Source: Bryobacterales bacterium (lineage in GTDB: Bacteria; Acidobacteriota; Terriglobia; Bryobacterales; UBA6623). From it: a stretch of 64,000 nt of DNA. Location: assembly GCA_963422375.2 (NCBI GenBank), contig OY729428.2, positions 704,001 through 768,000 on the forward strand. The letters run 5' to 3'. The notes beneath the pieces are model-generated. The model searched no databases. It worked only from the letters and a program-made list of their open reading frames with translations, and was not told where the DNA came from. Shown here piece after piece: positions 1 to 11,889 of the stretch (positions within the stretch are counted from its first letter, which is position 1; each line of letters starts with the position of its first letter). The position numbers were made by a program, and so were the translations under genes.

Positions 1-501
1 GCTGCAGCTCAGCCCGACCGTGACGGCCGCGAGCGCGGCAGCGTGAGCCACGGCGCCGAGCACGTAGGGCGTCCGCCCGCTCGCCGCGACGCCGACCAAG
101 GCGTCGCCCGGACCGAAGGCCCGGGCTTGGAGATCCCTGCGCCCGGCGTCCCGGCTGTCCTCGGCGCCCTCGACCGAGCGCTGGAGGGCCTCCGCGCCGC
201 CGGCGATTAGCGCCTGCACCCTGTCCGGAGGCGTTCCGAAAGTCGGCGGGCACTCCGCGGCGTCGAGCACGCCCAGGCGCCCGCTGGTGCCGGCACCCGC
301 GTAGAAGAGCCGGCCGCCTCGCTCCCAGCACCCCACGATCGCGTCCAGCGCCCGCGCGACGCGCGGGATCTGCTCGCCGACCGCGACGGCGACCCGCCGG
401 TCCTCGGCGTTGAGGATGCGCAGGACACCTTCGGTCGACGCGCTGTCGATCTCGCGCGAGCGCGGGTTCCGCGCCTCGGTCTGCGGGAGGATCTCGTCCA
501 T
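1..501 (-). CDS. murQ: N-acetylmuramic acid 6-phosphate etherase (5' part; runs off the window)
   Basis: Not in ORF track. Manual translation from ATG 501: MDEILPQTEARNPRSREID...GGRLFYAGAGTSGRLGVLDAAECPPTFG...ALIAGG, the MurQ SIS signature. Confidence 0.93.
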   Translation of the reverse strand, partial: MDEILPQTEARNPRSREIDSASTEGVLRILNAEDRRVAVAVGEQIPRVARALDAIVGCWERGGRLFYAGAGTSGRLGVLDAAECPPTFGTPPDRVQALIAGGAEALQRSVEGAEDSRDAGRRDLQARAFGPGDALVGVAASGRTPYVLGAVAHAAALAAVTVGLSCS

Positions 502-603
502 CGACCTGGTTCCGCCGGCCGTGCGCAGCGGGAGCCGCGGGGACTCGCCAAGCTGCTAAGCTGGCAGTTCGCCCCGAGCTATGCAGCGTAACCGATTCGC
601 CCC

Positions 604-1542
604 GTGGAATATCGCAAGCTAGGCCGGACCGAGCTGGAGGTCTCCGTCCTCGGGTACGGCGCGTCGCCCCTCGGCAACGAGTTCGAGGAGATCGACGCTC
701 GCGAGGGCGAGCGCGCCGTGCATATGGCCATCGACCACGGCGTCAACTTCTTCGACACCTCCCCGTATTACGGGCGAACGCTCTCGGAGGAGCGGCTGGG
801 ACAGACGCTGGGGGCCAAGCGCAAGGACATCGTGCTGGCGACCAAGTGCGGGCGCTACGACGTCGACCGCTTCGATTTCTCGGCGCAGCGCGTGCGGTCG
901 AGCATCGACGAGTCGCTGCGCCGCCTGCGCACCGACTACGTCGACATCCTGCAGATGCACGATATCGAGTTCGCGGACCGCGAGCAGGTGATCGGCGAGG
1001 CCCTGCCGGCTGCGCGCGAACTGCAGCGGGCCGGCAAGTGCCGCTACGTGGGGATCACGGCGCTGCCGCTCGGCATCCTGCGGGACGTGGCGGAGCGGGC
1101 CCCGGTCGACACGATCCTGTCCTACGCCCGTTACAACCTCATGGCGGACGACCTCGACGCCGAGCTGCGCCCGCTGTGCCAGGAGCGGGGCATCGGCCTT
1201 ATCAACGCTTCGCCGCTGCACCTGCGCATCCTGACCGAGAGGGGCGCCCCGCCGTGGCACCGGGCAGCGCCGGAAGTGCAGGAGGCGGGCACGCGGGTGG
1301 CGCTGCTGTGCCGCGCCCGCGGCGTGGACGTCTCCGAGGTGGCGCTGAAGTTCTGCTACGACTATCCCCACACGGCGAGCGTCCTGGTCGGCATGTCCAA
1401 GAGCCGGCATGTCGAGCGCAATCTGAAGGCCTTCGCGTTCGAGGGCCGGGGCGGGCTGCTCGAGGAGATAGCGGAGATCGTCCGGCCGGTGCGGAATCGG
1501 ATCTGGCCCACGGGGCTGCGGGAAAACCAAGATCCGCACTAG
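604..1542 (+). CDS. Aldo/keto reductase (L-galactose/L-fucose dehydrogenase-like)
   Basis: MEYRKLGRT, GVNFFDTSPYYG, LATKCGRY, SLRRLRTDYVDILQMHD motifs. Confidence 0.88.
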   Translation: MEYRKLGRTELEVSVLGYGASPLGNEFEEIDAREGERAVHMAIDHGVNFFDTSPYYGRTLSEERLGQTLGAKRKDIVLATKCGRYDVDRFDFSAQRVRSSIDESLRRLRTDYVDILQMHDIEFADREQVIGEALPAARELQRAGKCRYVGITALPLGILRDVAERAPVDTILSYARYNLMADDLDAELRPLCQERGIGLINASPLHLRILTERGAPPWHRAAPEVQEAGTRVALLCRARGVDVSEVALKFCYDYPHTASVLVGMSKSRHVERNLKAFAFEGRGGLLEEIAEIVRPVRNRIWPTGLRENQDPH

Positions 1543-1546
1543 CGGC

Positions 1547-2395
1547 GTGACGGTCGACTCGCACCAGCACTTCTGGCGCTACAGCCCGGACGAGTACGGC
1601 TGGATCTCCGACGAGATGGGGATACTGCGGCGGGACTTCCTAGCTCCGGAGCTGCTGCGCGAGTCCGAGCGGGCCGGAGTAGACGGGGTCGTTTCCGTGC
1701 AGGCGCGCCAGACGCTCGAGGAAACGCGCGCGCTGCTCGAGACGGCGCGGCGCAACGCGTTCGTGCTGGGCGTGGTGGGTTGGGCGCCCCTGCGGGCCCC
1801 CGATGCCCCCGAAACCCTCGAGGAGCTGGCGCAGTGGCCCGAGCTCAAGGGATGCCGGCACGTGCTGCAGGACGAGCCTGACGACCGCTACATGCTGGGC
1901 GTCGCGTTCAACCAGGGCGTCCGGGCCCTGACGGCGCTGGGGCTGGCCTACGACATCCTCATCTACGAGCGCCACCTGCCTCAGACGGTCGCGTTCGTGG
2001 ACCGCCACCCCAACCAAGTCTTCGTGCTGGACCACCTCGGCAAGCCGCGCATTCGCGACAGGTCGTTCGAGGCGTGGCGCCACGGCCTGCGCGAGCTGGC
2101 CCGCCGCGACAACGTCTACTGCAAGATGTCGGGCGTCGTCACGGAGGCGGACTGGAGCGGCTGGAGCGAGGAGCAGCTGCGGCCCTACCTGGACGCAGCG
2201 CTCGAGGCCTTCGGCCCGCGGCGGCTGATGTTCGGCTCCGACTGGCCGCTCTGCCTGCTGGCGGTCGGGTACGGCCGCTGGTTCGAGCTGGCGGACGCGT
2301 TCGCGTCGCGTCTCGCGGCGGGTGAGCGCGCCCGGATCCTCGGCGGCACGGCGGCCGAGGCCTACGGTCTGGACGCGGGCGGGGCGCTACAATGA
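1547..2395 (+). CDS. Amidohydrolase_2 family (L-fuconolactonase-like)
   Basis: DSHQHFW, LDHLGKP, KMSG, RLMFGSDWP; 4 nt downstream of the AKR gene. Confidence 0.85.
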   Translation: MTVDSHQHFWRYSPDEYGWISDEMGILRRDFLAPELLRESERAGVDGVVSVQARQTLEETRALLETARRNAFVLGVVGWAPLRAPDAPETLEELAQWPELKGCRHVLQDEPDDRYMLGVAFNQGVRALTALGLAYDILIYERHLPQTVAFVDRHPNQVFVLDHLGKPRIRDRSFEAWRHGLRELARRDNVYCKMSGVVTEADWSGWSEEQLRPYLDAALEAFGPRRLMFGSDWPLCLLAVGYGRWFELADAFASRLAAGERARILGGTAAEAYGLDAGGALQ

Positions 2396-2414
2396 CGGCT
2401 GGCACGGGCGGTCC

Positions 2415-3815
<1,401 letters not shown>

Positions 3816-3868
3816 GCGCAGTCGGCTCGCGTTGACAGGGTCCGGCTCGTAGCGAGGAGCATGCAAGC

Positions 3869-5251
3869 ATGTTGAATCGAAGGGCCTTCCTAGCATCGGC
3901 GGCCGGGCTGGCCGCGGGCGCGTCGTGCCGCGAGTCCGGGCCGCCGCCAAACGTCTTGGTACTGATGCCGGACCAGTGGCGCGGGGCGGATCTCGGCGTC
4001 ATGGGCAACCGCGACGTAAAGACGCCGAACATGGACGCGCTGGCCAGGGACGGCGCGCTGCTGCGCAACTTCACCGCGAACTGCCCCGTATGCTGCCCCG
4101 CCCGCGGGACGCTCCTGACCGGCCGCTACGGCCACGAGCACGGCGTCGACGTCAACGACGCGCCCCTGCCGGACGAGGAGATCACGATCGCAGAGGTCGC
4201 CAAGGCCGGAGGCTACCGGACGGGATTCTCCGGGAAGTGGCACCTCGAGGGCGGCAAGCGCCTGCCGGGCTTCGTCGAGCCGGCCCGCCGGCAGGGCTTC
4301 GATTTCTGGGCGGCCAACATCTGCAGCCACAACTACTGGGACATGCAGTACTTCCGGGACTCGCCCGAACCGATCCAGATCGAGGGCTATTCCGCGTCCG
4401 CTTTCACCGACGCCGCCTTGGAATTCGTGCGCCAGGACCTGCAGACGCCCTTCCTGCTGTACGTCCAGTGGGGCCCGCCGCACAACCCGTACGTGGCGCC
4501 GCCGGAGTACATGAACATGTACGAGCCCGACCTGCTGAAGATGCGGCCGAACTGGAACGGTCCCGTCGAATCGCAGCGGAGGGGGGCCATGGGCAGCCGG
4601 GCGGACATCGCCGGGTACTACGCCGCGATCACCTTCATCGACGACGAGATCGGGCGGATGGTCGCGGCGCTGAAGGAGACTGGGCAGTTCGAGAACACGA
4701 TCATCCTGATCACCTCGGACCACGGCGACATGCTGGGCTCGCAGGGAACGGTCCTGAAGCGGAAGCCGTGGGCGGAATCCCTGCAAGTGCCGGGCATAGT
4801 GCATTTCCCCGCAGGCGTGCCCGCGGGCCAGGAGACCGGGATGCCGGTCTCGCACGTTGACGTGGTCCCGACGCTGCTGGGCCTAGCAGGCCTGGAGAGC
4901 CCTCAAGGCGTTTCGGGAGTGGACCTTTCGGCTCACCTGCTCGCGCCCGAGCGCGGCGGGCTGCCAGACGCGCCGGAACCCGAGTCCGTCTTCGCGCAGA
5001 GCTACACGCCGACAGAACGATCGCGGTTCCCGGCGTGGAGGGGCGTGCGCACGGCCCGATACACGTACGCACGCCACGAGAGCGAGCCCTGGCTGCTCTA
5101 CGACAACGAAGCCGACCCGTTCCAGCTGCGCAACCTGGCGGGCCTGCCGGAGCATGCCGAGATCCAAGCGCACTTAGACGGCCTCACGATGGACTGGTTC
5201 GAGCGGACCGGTGACGACTGGGCGGAGCGGGCCGACCTGCCCTACCGCTGA
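3869..5251 (+). CDS. Formylglycine-dependent sulfatase with Tat signal (probable lipoprotein)
   Basis: NRRAFL twin-arginine signal, CCPARGTLLTG (CxPxR), GKWHL, TSDHG. Confidence 0.92.
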   Translation: MLNRRAFLASAAGLAAGASCRESGPPPNVLVLMPDQWRGADLGVMGNRDVKTPNMDALARDGALLRNFTANCPVCCPARGTLLTGRYGHEHGVDVNDAPLPDEEITIAEVAKAGGYRTGFSGKWHLEGGKRLPGFVEPARRQGFDFWAANICSHNYWDMQYFRDSPEPIQIEGYSASAFTDAALEFVRQDLQTPFLLYVQWGPPHNPYVAPPEYMNMYEPDLLKMRPNWNGPVESQRRGAMGSRADIAGYYAAITFIDDEIGRMVAALKETGQFENTIILITSDHGDMLGSQGTVLKRKPWAESLQVPGIVHFPAGVPAGQETGMPVSHVDVVPTLLGLAGLESPQGVSGVDLSAHLLAPERGGLPDAPEPESVFAQSYTPTERSRFPAWRGVRTARYTYARHESEPWLLYDNEADPFQLRNLAGLPEHAEIQAHLDGLTMDWFERTGDDWAERADLPYR

Positions 5252-5278
5252 CGCGCCCAGCGGGCGTCGGCCGACACG

Positions 5279-5719
5279 TCAGTTGGGCCGCAGGGTCGGT
5301 GTCTCGCCGCCGAATTCGTCAATGATCCTGCGCCGACCGGCAAAACCCTCTTGGGTCGAGTGCCACCACTCGATCTTCGTCTCGCCGAGCCTCCAGCAGA
5401 GATACACCTCGACGCCGTTCAGCAGCGCGGGGAAGTCGAGCAGGCCCTTGTCGAGATCCTTGACCAGGCAGCCGCTCCGCTGGATGTCGTTGACCGATTC
5501 CTCGACGGAGCGGACGAGGGAGATGCGTTCCAGCTTCCGCCGCACGACCTGACCGGGGTCGACCTCCATGCCGCCCGCCATGCAGACGCGCGCGGCGAGC
5601 TCGTGCATCTCGCTGTCGATCTCGCCGATCAGCGCCTTGGCTCGAATCGCGGTCTCCAAGGAATTCTTGACAACCGGAATGAGGCTCTCCGCCTCCTGCA
5701 ATGTGAAGTACCTTGCCAT
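5279..5719 (-). CDS. DUF2203 family protein
   Basis: MARYFTLQEAESLIP...VKDLDKGLLDFPA...VYLCWRLGE..IEWWH...GFAGRR; start ATG 5719. Confidence 0.85.
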   Translation of the reverse strand: MARYFTLQEAESLIPVVKNSLETAIRAKALIGEIDSEMHELAARVCMAGGMEVDPGQVVRRKLERISLVRSVEESVNDIQRSGCLVKDLDKGLLDFPALLNGVEVYLCWRLGETKIEWWHSTQEGFAGRRRIIDEFGGETPTLRPN

Positions 5720-7497
5720 AGGGACCCGCTCTCCTTCCGGTGCGTCCGCACGCAACCCCGGCCGGGCCGGCACCTGCCCAAGGATCGGCGCCGGGCCGGA
5801 GGCTAGAGTCAGGATACCAGCTTCGTCGGCGGAATTGGGCGCTACCCGCCTGCGAAGCCGCTCAGCCAAGGGTCATCGCGGAACCAATGCGCTCCCGCGA
5901 CCGCGAGCACATTAGCGGAAATTTCGCGGAGGATCCGGCGCGGGACTTGGCACACGGAGCCGCATTAGCACGCTTTCACGCACACGAAGGCGCCTCCGGC
6001 ACGTCCCAGCCGACAGAAGCCGCACTTGTCGGGTCGCAATATCCCCGGCTTCCGGCGGTCACCAAAGCTGGGATATCGTACGGTGCGCAGTGCCGGATGG
6101 ACAGCAGACGGTGACAACCGGAAACTGGGCGCGAAGCGCTATCGTGCAGGGGCATTCAATGCCACCGAGCTACTTGGATTTCCGGCTGATTGGATCGGCG
6201 CGGATTTCCGCTCCTAGATCAACTGATTCTTCGCTAGCGAAGCGGACCACCGGTCAGATGCGCTGCTTGCGAATCGCCGACACGGGATATAGAGCATCGT
6301 CCGTTCCTCCAACCCTGGCAAACATCTTCAGTATATAGACTCCTCAATTTCAACAGAATTTCCCGGACAATTCTACCGATCAATAGGTCGATATCAAAAA
6401 ATGAGTTCACGGTATGAGCCAGAATTATACTAACTACACGTCAACTCGTTTCGATCAGACATTGTGCGATTAATGTCCTCGAATTTCTTTGAACATTTCG
6501 AATCCATAGATTCCGAGTCCTCGAAATAATCATTGAATTAATACTCGCAAGAAATACTCAAGTCTCGGTGCAATTTCCATCCAGTCTGGTCGACATCAGA
6601 ATCGAATTCTCTTGGATGAATGAATCGATTCTAACCAGTGTCATTTCATTCTCGTGTCGATGTTGATCAAATGGCGATCACATCGGATCAGACTCTGCGA
6701 ACATGCACCAATTAGGATCATCCAAGAATCGTGGCCCGGGGCATCCGCCGAGTCGCCGAGGCGGGTTCTTCGTCAGCGCTAGGCAGAGAGGCACGGCCCA
6801 TTGGTCCAGGCGCGTAGCAAGGGCACCCGCAACCGAGCCCGGCAGCCGACGGGCTTCGCCGTCGGCTTGCGGGCGGAGCGCGACGGTCCGAAGCAGCGGC
6901 TGCTGGCGGCGGACTGCTCGCGCCAGTTCTGGTGCCTTGGCAGGTTCTCAACAGCAGGCACCGTCCGGAAGCCAAGTCGCCGCTACCCGGCCTCGGGCCC
7001 GTCATCGAACGCGCACCCTCGCTTCGGAGAAGGCGGCGACTGCCGTCGACCGACGGCGACGAAGGATCCAAGGGGGCTCTGCACCCCGCGTTGACCGCCA
7101 CCAGGGACAGTTCGGCGCTTATGCGCGCTATCTGCCGATCCGGCACTGCCGGAAGGTCGTAAGAGTTTTGATTCCAATGGGTTAGGCGTGACCGATTGAA
7201 TCAAGCAACCGCCTCCATGTACGTCAATGCGCGAGGCACTGAGTCTGGTCCTAAGGGTCTTCCGCCCTGCTCGAATTCCGGAGACCCCTCCTATCGCCTG
7301 CGTCGCCGGAAACAGGGTTTCCTCTCGACCTCGATGGCCCCGATCCGAGTGGTCGGCGCACAAGATCAACCGTCACTCCAGGCCGGTGCGCCGACAGGAC
7401 TGAACAAGGGAACGACATCGGCGACTGGGGCGGACGCCTGTCGCGATGGCTCGCGCACCCGCAACATAGCACCGCCAGCGATTAAGCTGCTGTACGG

Positions 7498-8598
7498 TCA
7501 TGCTCGGGAGTCTCCGTCTGCATCAAGCAGTAGAGCGACTAGGGGTTCGTTGACGAAGTATTTGAACCGACCCGAACGATGCTTGCGAAGGAATCCCCTA
7601 TCGGCGAGGAGGTCTAGTCGCCGGGCCGCAGTCTGCCTCGTCACGCCTAAGTGGATCCGAGCAAAGGCGATTGTCGTGTAGGGTTGGCGAAAGATACTGT
7701 TGAGGAGGTCTTGCGAGTAGATTCTCGGCAGCTCGGCCCTGATTTTATGTTTGTACTGTGCCATCAGGTCTCCGATGCCCTTGACCAAGCCCAAAGTGTG
7801 CTGGGATGTCTCTACGATGGAAGCAAGCATGTAGGTCAGCCAAGCCTCCCATGCATTCTGGTCGCGCACCCCCTGCAAGCATCTGTAATAGTCTTCCTTG
7901 GAACGAGTGATGGCCCTGCTCAGGTACAGGATGGGCATTTCAAGCAGGTTACAGCGAACTAGGTAGAGAACATTCAAGATTCTCCCAACGCGACCGTTTC
8001 CATCCGCAAAGGGGTGGATGCTCTCGAATTGATGATGGATTACGGCCATGCGAACCAAGGGGTCCAACGAGCTTGCGGCGTCGCAATTGATGAAGCGCTC
8101 CAGCTCGCCCATTTTCTCGACGATCTCCCGCCCGTCTTGGGGAGGCCCGTAGTCCGGCTCCCCTGTCCCAGTGTGGCGAAGCACGGTTCCGGGCGTGACA
8201 CGAAAGCCGTCAGTCCGGGACTTCACCCTCCTGTAGATGGTAATCAGCAGGTTGTTTGTGATCAAGCCTTGCAGTTCCTGCATGCCGTCGAATCTCTCCT
8301 TGAGGGCAGCTCCGCAGCTGACCACATCCTTCGCAGCGGGACTGAGCATGTTCTCTGGGAACAGGCTTGACTGGAACAGTTCGTCCTGGCTGGTGACGAT
8401 GTCTTCTATGTGGCAGCTCGCCCGGGCCTCCTGAAGGATTAGCGTGTCGATCAGGATCAGCGGATTCGGAACGGAGACCGAGCGCCCCTTGAGTTCGGCC
8501 AAGTGACGGTGGGCCTCGGCGGCCGCCTTCAGCACTACCGGCGTTTCGAGATCGACCGGCGGTGGAAGGGGTGGCAACTGGTATCTCGGCCGGTCCAT
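7498..8598 (-). CDS. Fic family protein (Fic_N + FIC + C-terminal HTH)
   Basis: HPFADGNGRVGR catalytic motif; ASCHIEDI at the inhibitory-helix position; LGVTRQTAARRL HTH; lower GC than neighbours; start ATG 8598 or 8631. Confidence 0.92.
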   Translation of the reverse strand: MDRPRYQLPPLPPPVDLETPVVLKAAAEAHRHLAELKGRSVSVPNPLILIDTLILQEARASCHIEDIVTSQDELFQSSLFPENMLSPAAKDVVSCGAALKERFDGMQELQGLITNNLLITIYRRVKSRTDGFRVTPGTVLRHTGTGEPDYGPPQDGREIVEKMGELERFINCDAASSLDPLVRMAVIHHQFESIHPFADGNGRVGRILNVLYLVRCNLLEMPILYLSRAITRSKEDYYRCLQGVRDQNAWEAWLTYMLASIVETSQHTLGLVKGIGDLMAQYKHKIRAELPRIYSQDLLNSIFRQPYTTIAFARIHLGVTRQTAARRLDLLADRGFLRKHRSGRFKYFVNEPLVALLLDADGDSRA

Positions 8599-8649
8599 GG
8601 CGGGTCGCGCGGGACAGCAATCCTCCCTCATAGTAGCAGGATAGGGGAT

Positions 8650-9104
8650 AACGCGTTAAGAAAACCGCGCTTTGTTAACACGACGCATTCGATGCGTTAG
8701 CGATGCGACCGGCAGCCCCCACAGCTTTACGTGGTGGCCCGTGCCGGGCCGAGGCTCGTGACCACCCCGCAGTCACGGCTGCCGCGTGTTCGCCAAACCC
8801 ACTCTCGTTTACGCGTCGGCCACAATGCGTTAAGGAAACCGCGATTCGTTAACGCGTCTCAAGCCATGTGTTAGCGATGCGACCGTATTCGAGCGCTCGC
8901 CCGGCTTGCCCCGGCCGACCGCCCCGACAGCCCCGCCTCGCGACCCGTGCCCGGCCGCGGTCTCGAGATCGCCATGCCGTCACGGCTGGTGCGTGTTCGC
9001 CAAACCCCACTCTCCTTTACACGTCGGCCGCAACGCGTTAAGGAAATCGCGATTCGCTAACACGTCCCAAGTCATGTGTTAACGGCGCGACCCTATTTGA
9101 GCGC
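8650..9104. repeat. Degenerate tandem repeat (one partial and two longer units) with internal palindromes
   Basis: GCGTTAAG.AAA.CGCG.TT...TAAC.CG core starting at 8653, 8827 and 9035; 8738-8896 and 8944-9104 align along their length. Confidence 0.85.
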
Positions 9105-9476
9105 ATTCCCGACACACCCGGTCGGGATCTGCGTGCGAGGCACTTGGCCGTCCTGCCGCATCCGACGATTCGCCCCTTACCCGGTCGCAGACCCGAGCGC
9201 CGCCGGGAACGGGCAGCGAGACACCGCTACCAGCAGGAGCCAACGCTTGCTGCGCCGGCCGGGGCGACACCCTCGCGTTCGCAGGCCCGCACTGCCCTAG
9301 CGCTCCGGCCCGCACGCGGTCGGAAGGCATGATCCAATGAAACCGGATCAGCGATCAAGTCCCCCGCGAGAAGCGCGCGACCTAGCGTCACCGAGCCGTC
9401 GCGTCGGCCGGGCCGGAACCTTGGAGCGACGGGGGAAGTCGCGTAGAGCGAAGCGAGCCCGAAGAGCGGAGACCCG

Positions 9477-10202
9477 CTACGTTTCGGAGGCGTCGAGCGC
9501 GGCTTGCATTCCGTCCCGCACACGCCGCATCAAGACCATCCGGTCCTCGATTGCCAAGCCGCCTGTCGCAACCGGCGGATGAAAGTGCAGCGTCAGCCAC
9601 CCCGGACGGGGGAACGCGGTACCCCTCGGCATCAACGACAGCGCTCCGTGGACGGTGACCGGCACGACTGGGACACCCGCTTCGATAGCTAGCTGGAACG
9701 GCCCGGGACGGAAGGGCAGGAGCCTCGCGGTAGGATTACGTGTGCCTTCCGGAAAGATGAGCATGGAGATACCCGACCGCAGCGTGTCGACCGCACGCTG
9801 GAGCGCTTCGCGCCGGGAGTCCCTCGCCTTGCGATCAACGCATATGAACCCGCCCAGACGCATGGTGTAGCCCAGCAGGGGGATCCGCCCCAGCGAGTCC
9901 TTCATGATGACCGCGATTCGGGGCAGGACCTGGAACAGGGCGGGAGCCTCCAGATTACTGACATGGTTGGCCACGAACACGCAGCAGGGGTGCTGGCGAG
10001 CGCGCTCGTGGTGCAACAGGCGCAGCCTCACTCCGGCAAGGCGCAAAGTAACCCGGCAGCCGACACGAGCCAGCCAGTAAATCGGACGGATAGAGCCGGT
10101 CACCCAAGTGACGGGCACGAACAGGGGCACCACCAGCGCCACGTACCCAGCAACGAACGGGTACGCCAGAAGGCACGAACGCAGCATTCTCGGAATTCGC
10201 AT
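9477..10202 (-). CDS. plsC: 1-acyl-sn-glycerol-3-phosphate acyltransferase
   Basis: NHVSNLE (NHxSxxD-like), FPEGTR, FRPGPF, VPVVPV motifs; start uncertain (10202 or 10187). Confidence 0.85.
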   Translation of the reverse strand: MRIPRMLRSCLLAYPFVAGYVALVVPLFVPVTWVTGSIRPIYWLARVGCRVTLRLAGVRLRLLHHERARQHPCCVFVANHVSNLEAPALFQVLPRIAVIMKDSLGRIPLLGYTMRLGGFICVDRKARDSRREALQRAVDTLRSGISMLIFPEGTRNPTARLLPFRPGPFQLAIEAGVPVVPVTVHGALSLMPRGTAFPRPGWLTLHFHPPVATGGLAIEDRMVLMRRVRDGMQAALDASET

Positions 10203-10410
10203 CCTAGCACCACGGTCCGAGACCGGATCCGGTCGCTTGCAACCGCTTGTCGCCAGCGGCTCCGAACTCGAGCGCTCCGTCGCTGTTATACTCAGTCGCA
10301 CGGGTTTCGGGACGGAATCGAGCAGCGGTCTCCTGCTTCGAGACCGGCCGGAAATGGGCGGGCGGACCCTCCCGGCCCGTCGGCAGATACGACCGAGGGG
10401 ATATTTCGGG

Positions 10411-10983
10411 ATGAAGGTTGTCTACACCGGACGCAAGGCGGAACTGACGGAACGGGAGCGCGTGAAGCTCCACCGCAAGCTCGACAAGATCCAGCGCATC
10501 CTGACGCGTCGAGGTGGTCTCGAAGCCAACGTCACACTGTCGAGGGAGAGGCATCTTTCGGAAGCCGAAGTGTCGGTGCGCGCCCTCCGTCACACTCTCG
10601 TGGTAACGGGCCAGGGTGTTTCTCCCTTCGCCGCCATGCATGTCGCGCTGGTGAAGCTCGAGAAGCAGGCCGTCCGCAACAAGCGCAAGATCATTGACAC
10701 GCACCGGCCCGGACGGCAGCGCGACCGCCAGTCGGTGGTGGTCGAGGACTCGATCCAGCGATCCGGGCTGGCGGAACCCGAACCGGCGCTCGAGACCGTC
10801 CCGCGGCCTCAAATCGTCCGCTCGGGCACCATCGAGGGCAAGCCGATGACGGCGGACGAGGCGCTGCTGCAACTCGAGGACAGCCAGCGCGACTACGTGT
10901 CGTACCGGGATGCGGACACCGGCCGGGTCAGCGTCCTCGTCCGGCGCCGGGACGGGGACGCGGAGCTCGTCGAAGGCGACTAG
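10411..10983 (+). CDS. hpf: Long-form ribosome hibernation promoting factor
   Basis: MKVVYTGR...KLDKI...KLEKQ..R.K.K N-domain; KPMTADEALLQLE...YRDADTG.VSVLVRRRDG C-domain; upstream of rapZ. Confidence 0.88.
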   Translation: MKVVYTGRKAELTERERVKLHRKLDKIQRILTRRGGLEANVTLSRERHLSEAEVSVRALRHTLVVTGQGVSPFAAMHVALVKLEKQAVRNKRKIIDTHRPGRQRDRQSVVVEDSIQRSGLAEPEPALETVPRPQIVRSGTIEGKPMTADEALLQLEDSQRDYVSYRDADTGRVSVLVRRRDGDAELVEGD

Positions 10984-10985
10984 GG

Positions 10986-11876
10986 ATGGACGCGGCACCG
11001 ACCGGGTTCGAGCGAGCGGCCAGCGCCAGCTTGGTCGTACTAACCGGTATGAGTGGCTCGGGCAAGGGCACGGTACTGCGCGCACTCGAGGACGCTGGCT
11101 TCGATACCGTCGACAACCTCCCGGTCGACCTGATCCGGCCATTTGTGGCGTCGCGCCGCTGCGCCGAGCCCCGCCGACGTGCGGCGCTCGTAGTCGACAT
11201 CCGCGAGGGGGAAGCGCTGGTGCGATTCCCGGAGGTGTACGCAGAGATTAGGCGCGCGGTGCCCGCCTTCCTCGTGTACTTGCAGGCGTCCGACGAGGCC
11301 CTCCAGCGGCGCTTCAGCGAAACGCGCCGCCCGCACCCCGCGGGGGCGCCGACGGTAGCCGAGAGCCTCGCGGCCGAGAGGCTGCTGCTCGAGCCGATCC
11401 GGTCACTGGCCGACGTCGAGCTCGACACGAGCACCTTCAACGTGCATGACCTGCGCCGGAAGATGATGCGCGTCTTCCAAGGAAGGGCCGAGAAGACCGA
11501 GCTACGCCTGACGGTAGGCAGCTTCGGCTTCAAATACGGCCCGCCGCTGGACGGCGACGTGGTGCTTGACGTGCGGTTCCTGCCGAATCCCAATTACGAG
11601 CCGGGCTGCCACAACCTGACCGGAAAGGACGCTGAGGTGGGAGCCTTCCTAGAGCAGTACTCGGTGACCCGAGACTTCCTGGAACGCACCATGGGGCTGC
11701 TTGAATTCGTGGTGCCGCGATACGCCGAGGAGGGCAAGAGCTACCTTTCGATCTACTTCGGTTGCACCGGGGGCAGGCACCGATCAGTCTACTTGGCGGA
11801 CATCGTGGCCGCCCGGCTGGCCCGGTCCAGCCGCGCCGTCCGCGTGCAGCATCGCGATATTGACAAGGACCACTGA
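10986..11876 (+). CDS. rapZ: RNase adapter RapZ/YvcJ family P-loop protein
   Basis: GMSGSGKG, VDNLP, SFGFKYG, DVRFLPNP, GCTGGRHRSV. Confidence 0.95.
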   Translation: MDAAPTGFERAASASLVVLTGMSGSGKGTVLRALEDAGFDTVDNLPVDLIRPFVASRRCAEPRRRAALVVDIREGEALVRFPEVYAEIRRAVPAFLVYLQASDEALQRRFSETRRPHPAGAPTVAESLAAERLLLEPIRSLADVELDTSTFNVHDLRRKMMRVFQGRAEKTELRLTVGSFGFKYGPPLDGDVVLDVRFLPNPNYEPGCHNLTGKDAEVGAFLEQYSVTRDFLERTMGLLEFVVPRYAEEGKSYLSIYFGCTGGRHRSVYLADIVAARLARSSRAVRVQHRDIDKDH

Positions 11877-11889
11877 GCGGGCGATCAGA

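Noticed and set aside
8650..9104. CRISPR array or integron attC cassettes
   Set aside because: Units are long and diverged with no equal-length spacers; no cas or intI gene; the TAAC-to-GTT distance is far shorter than in attC.
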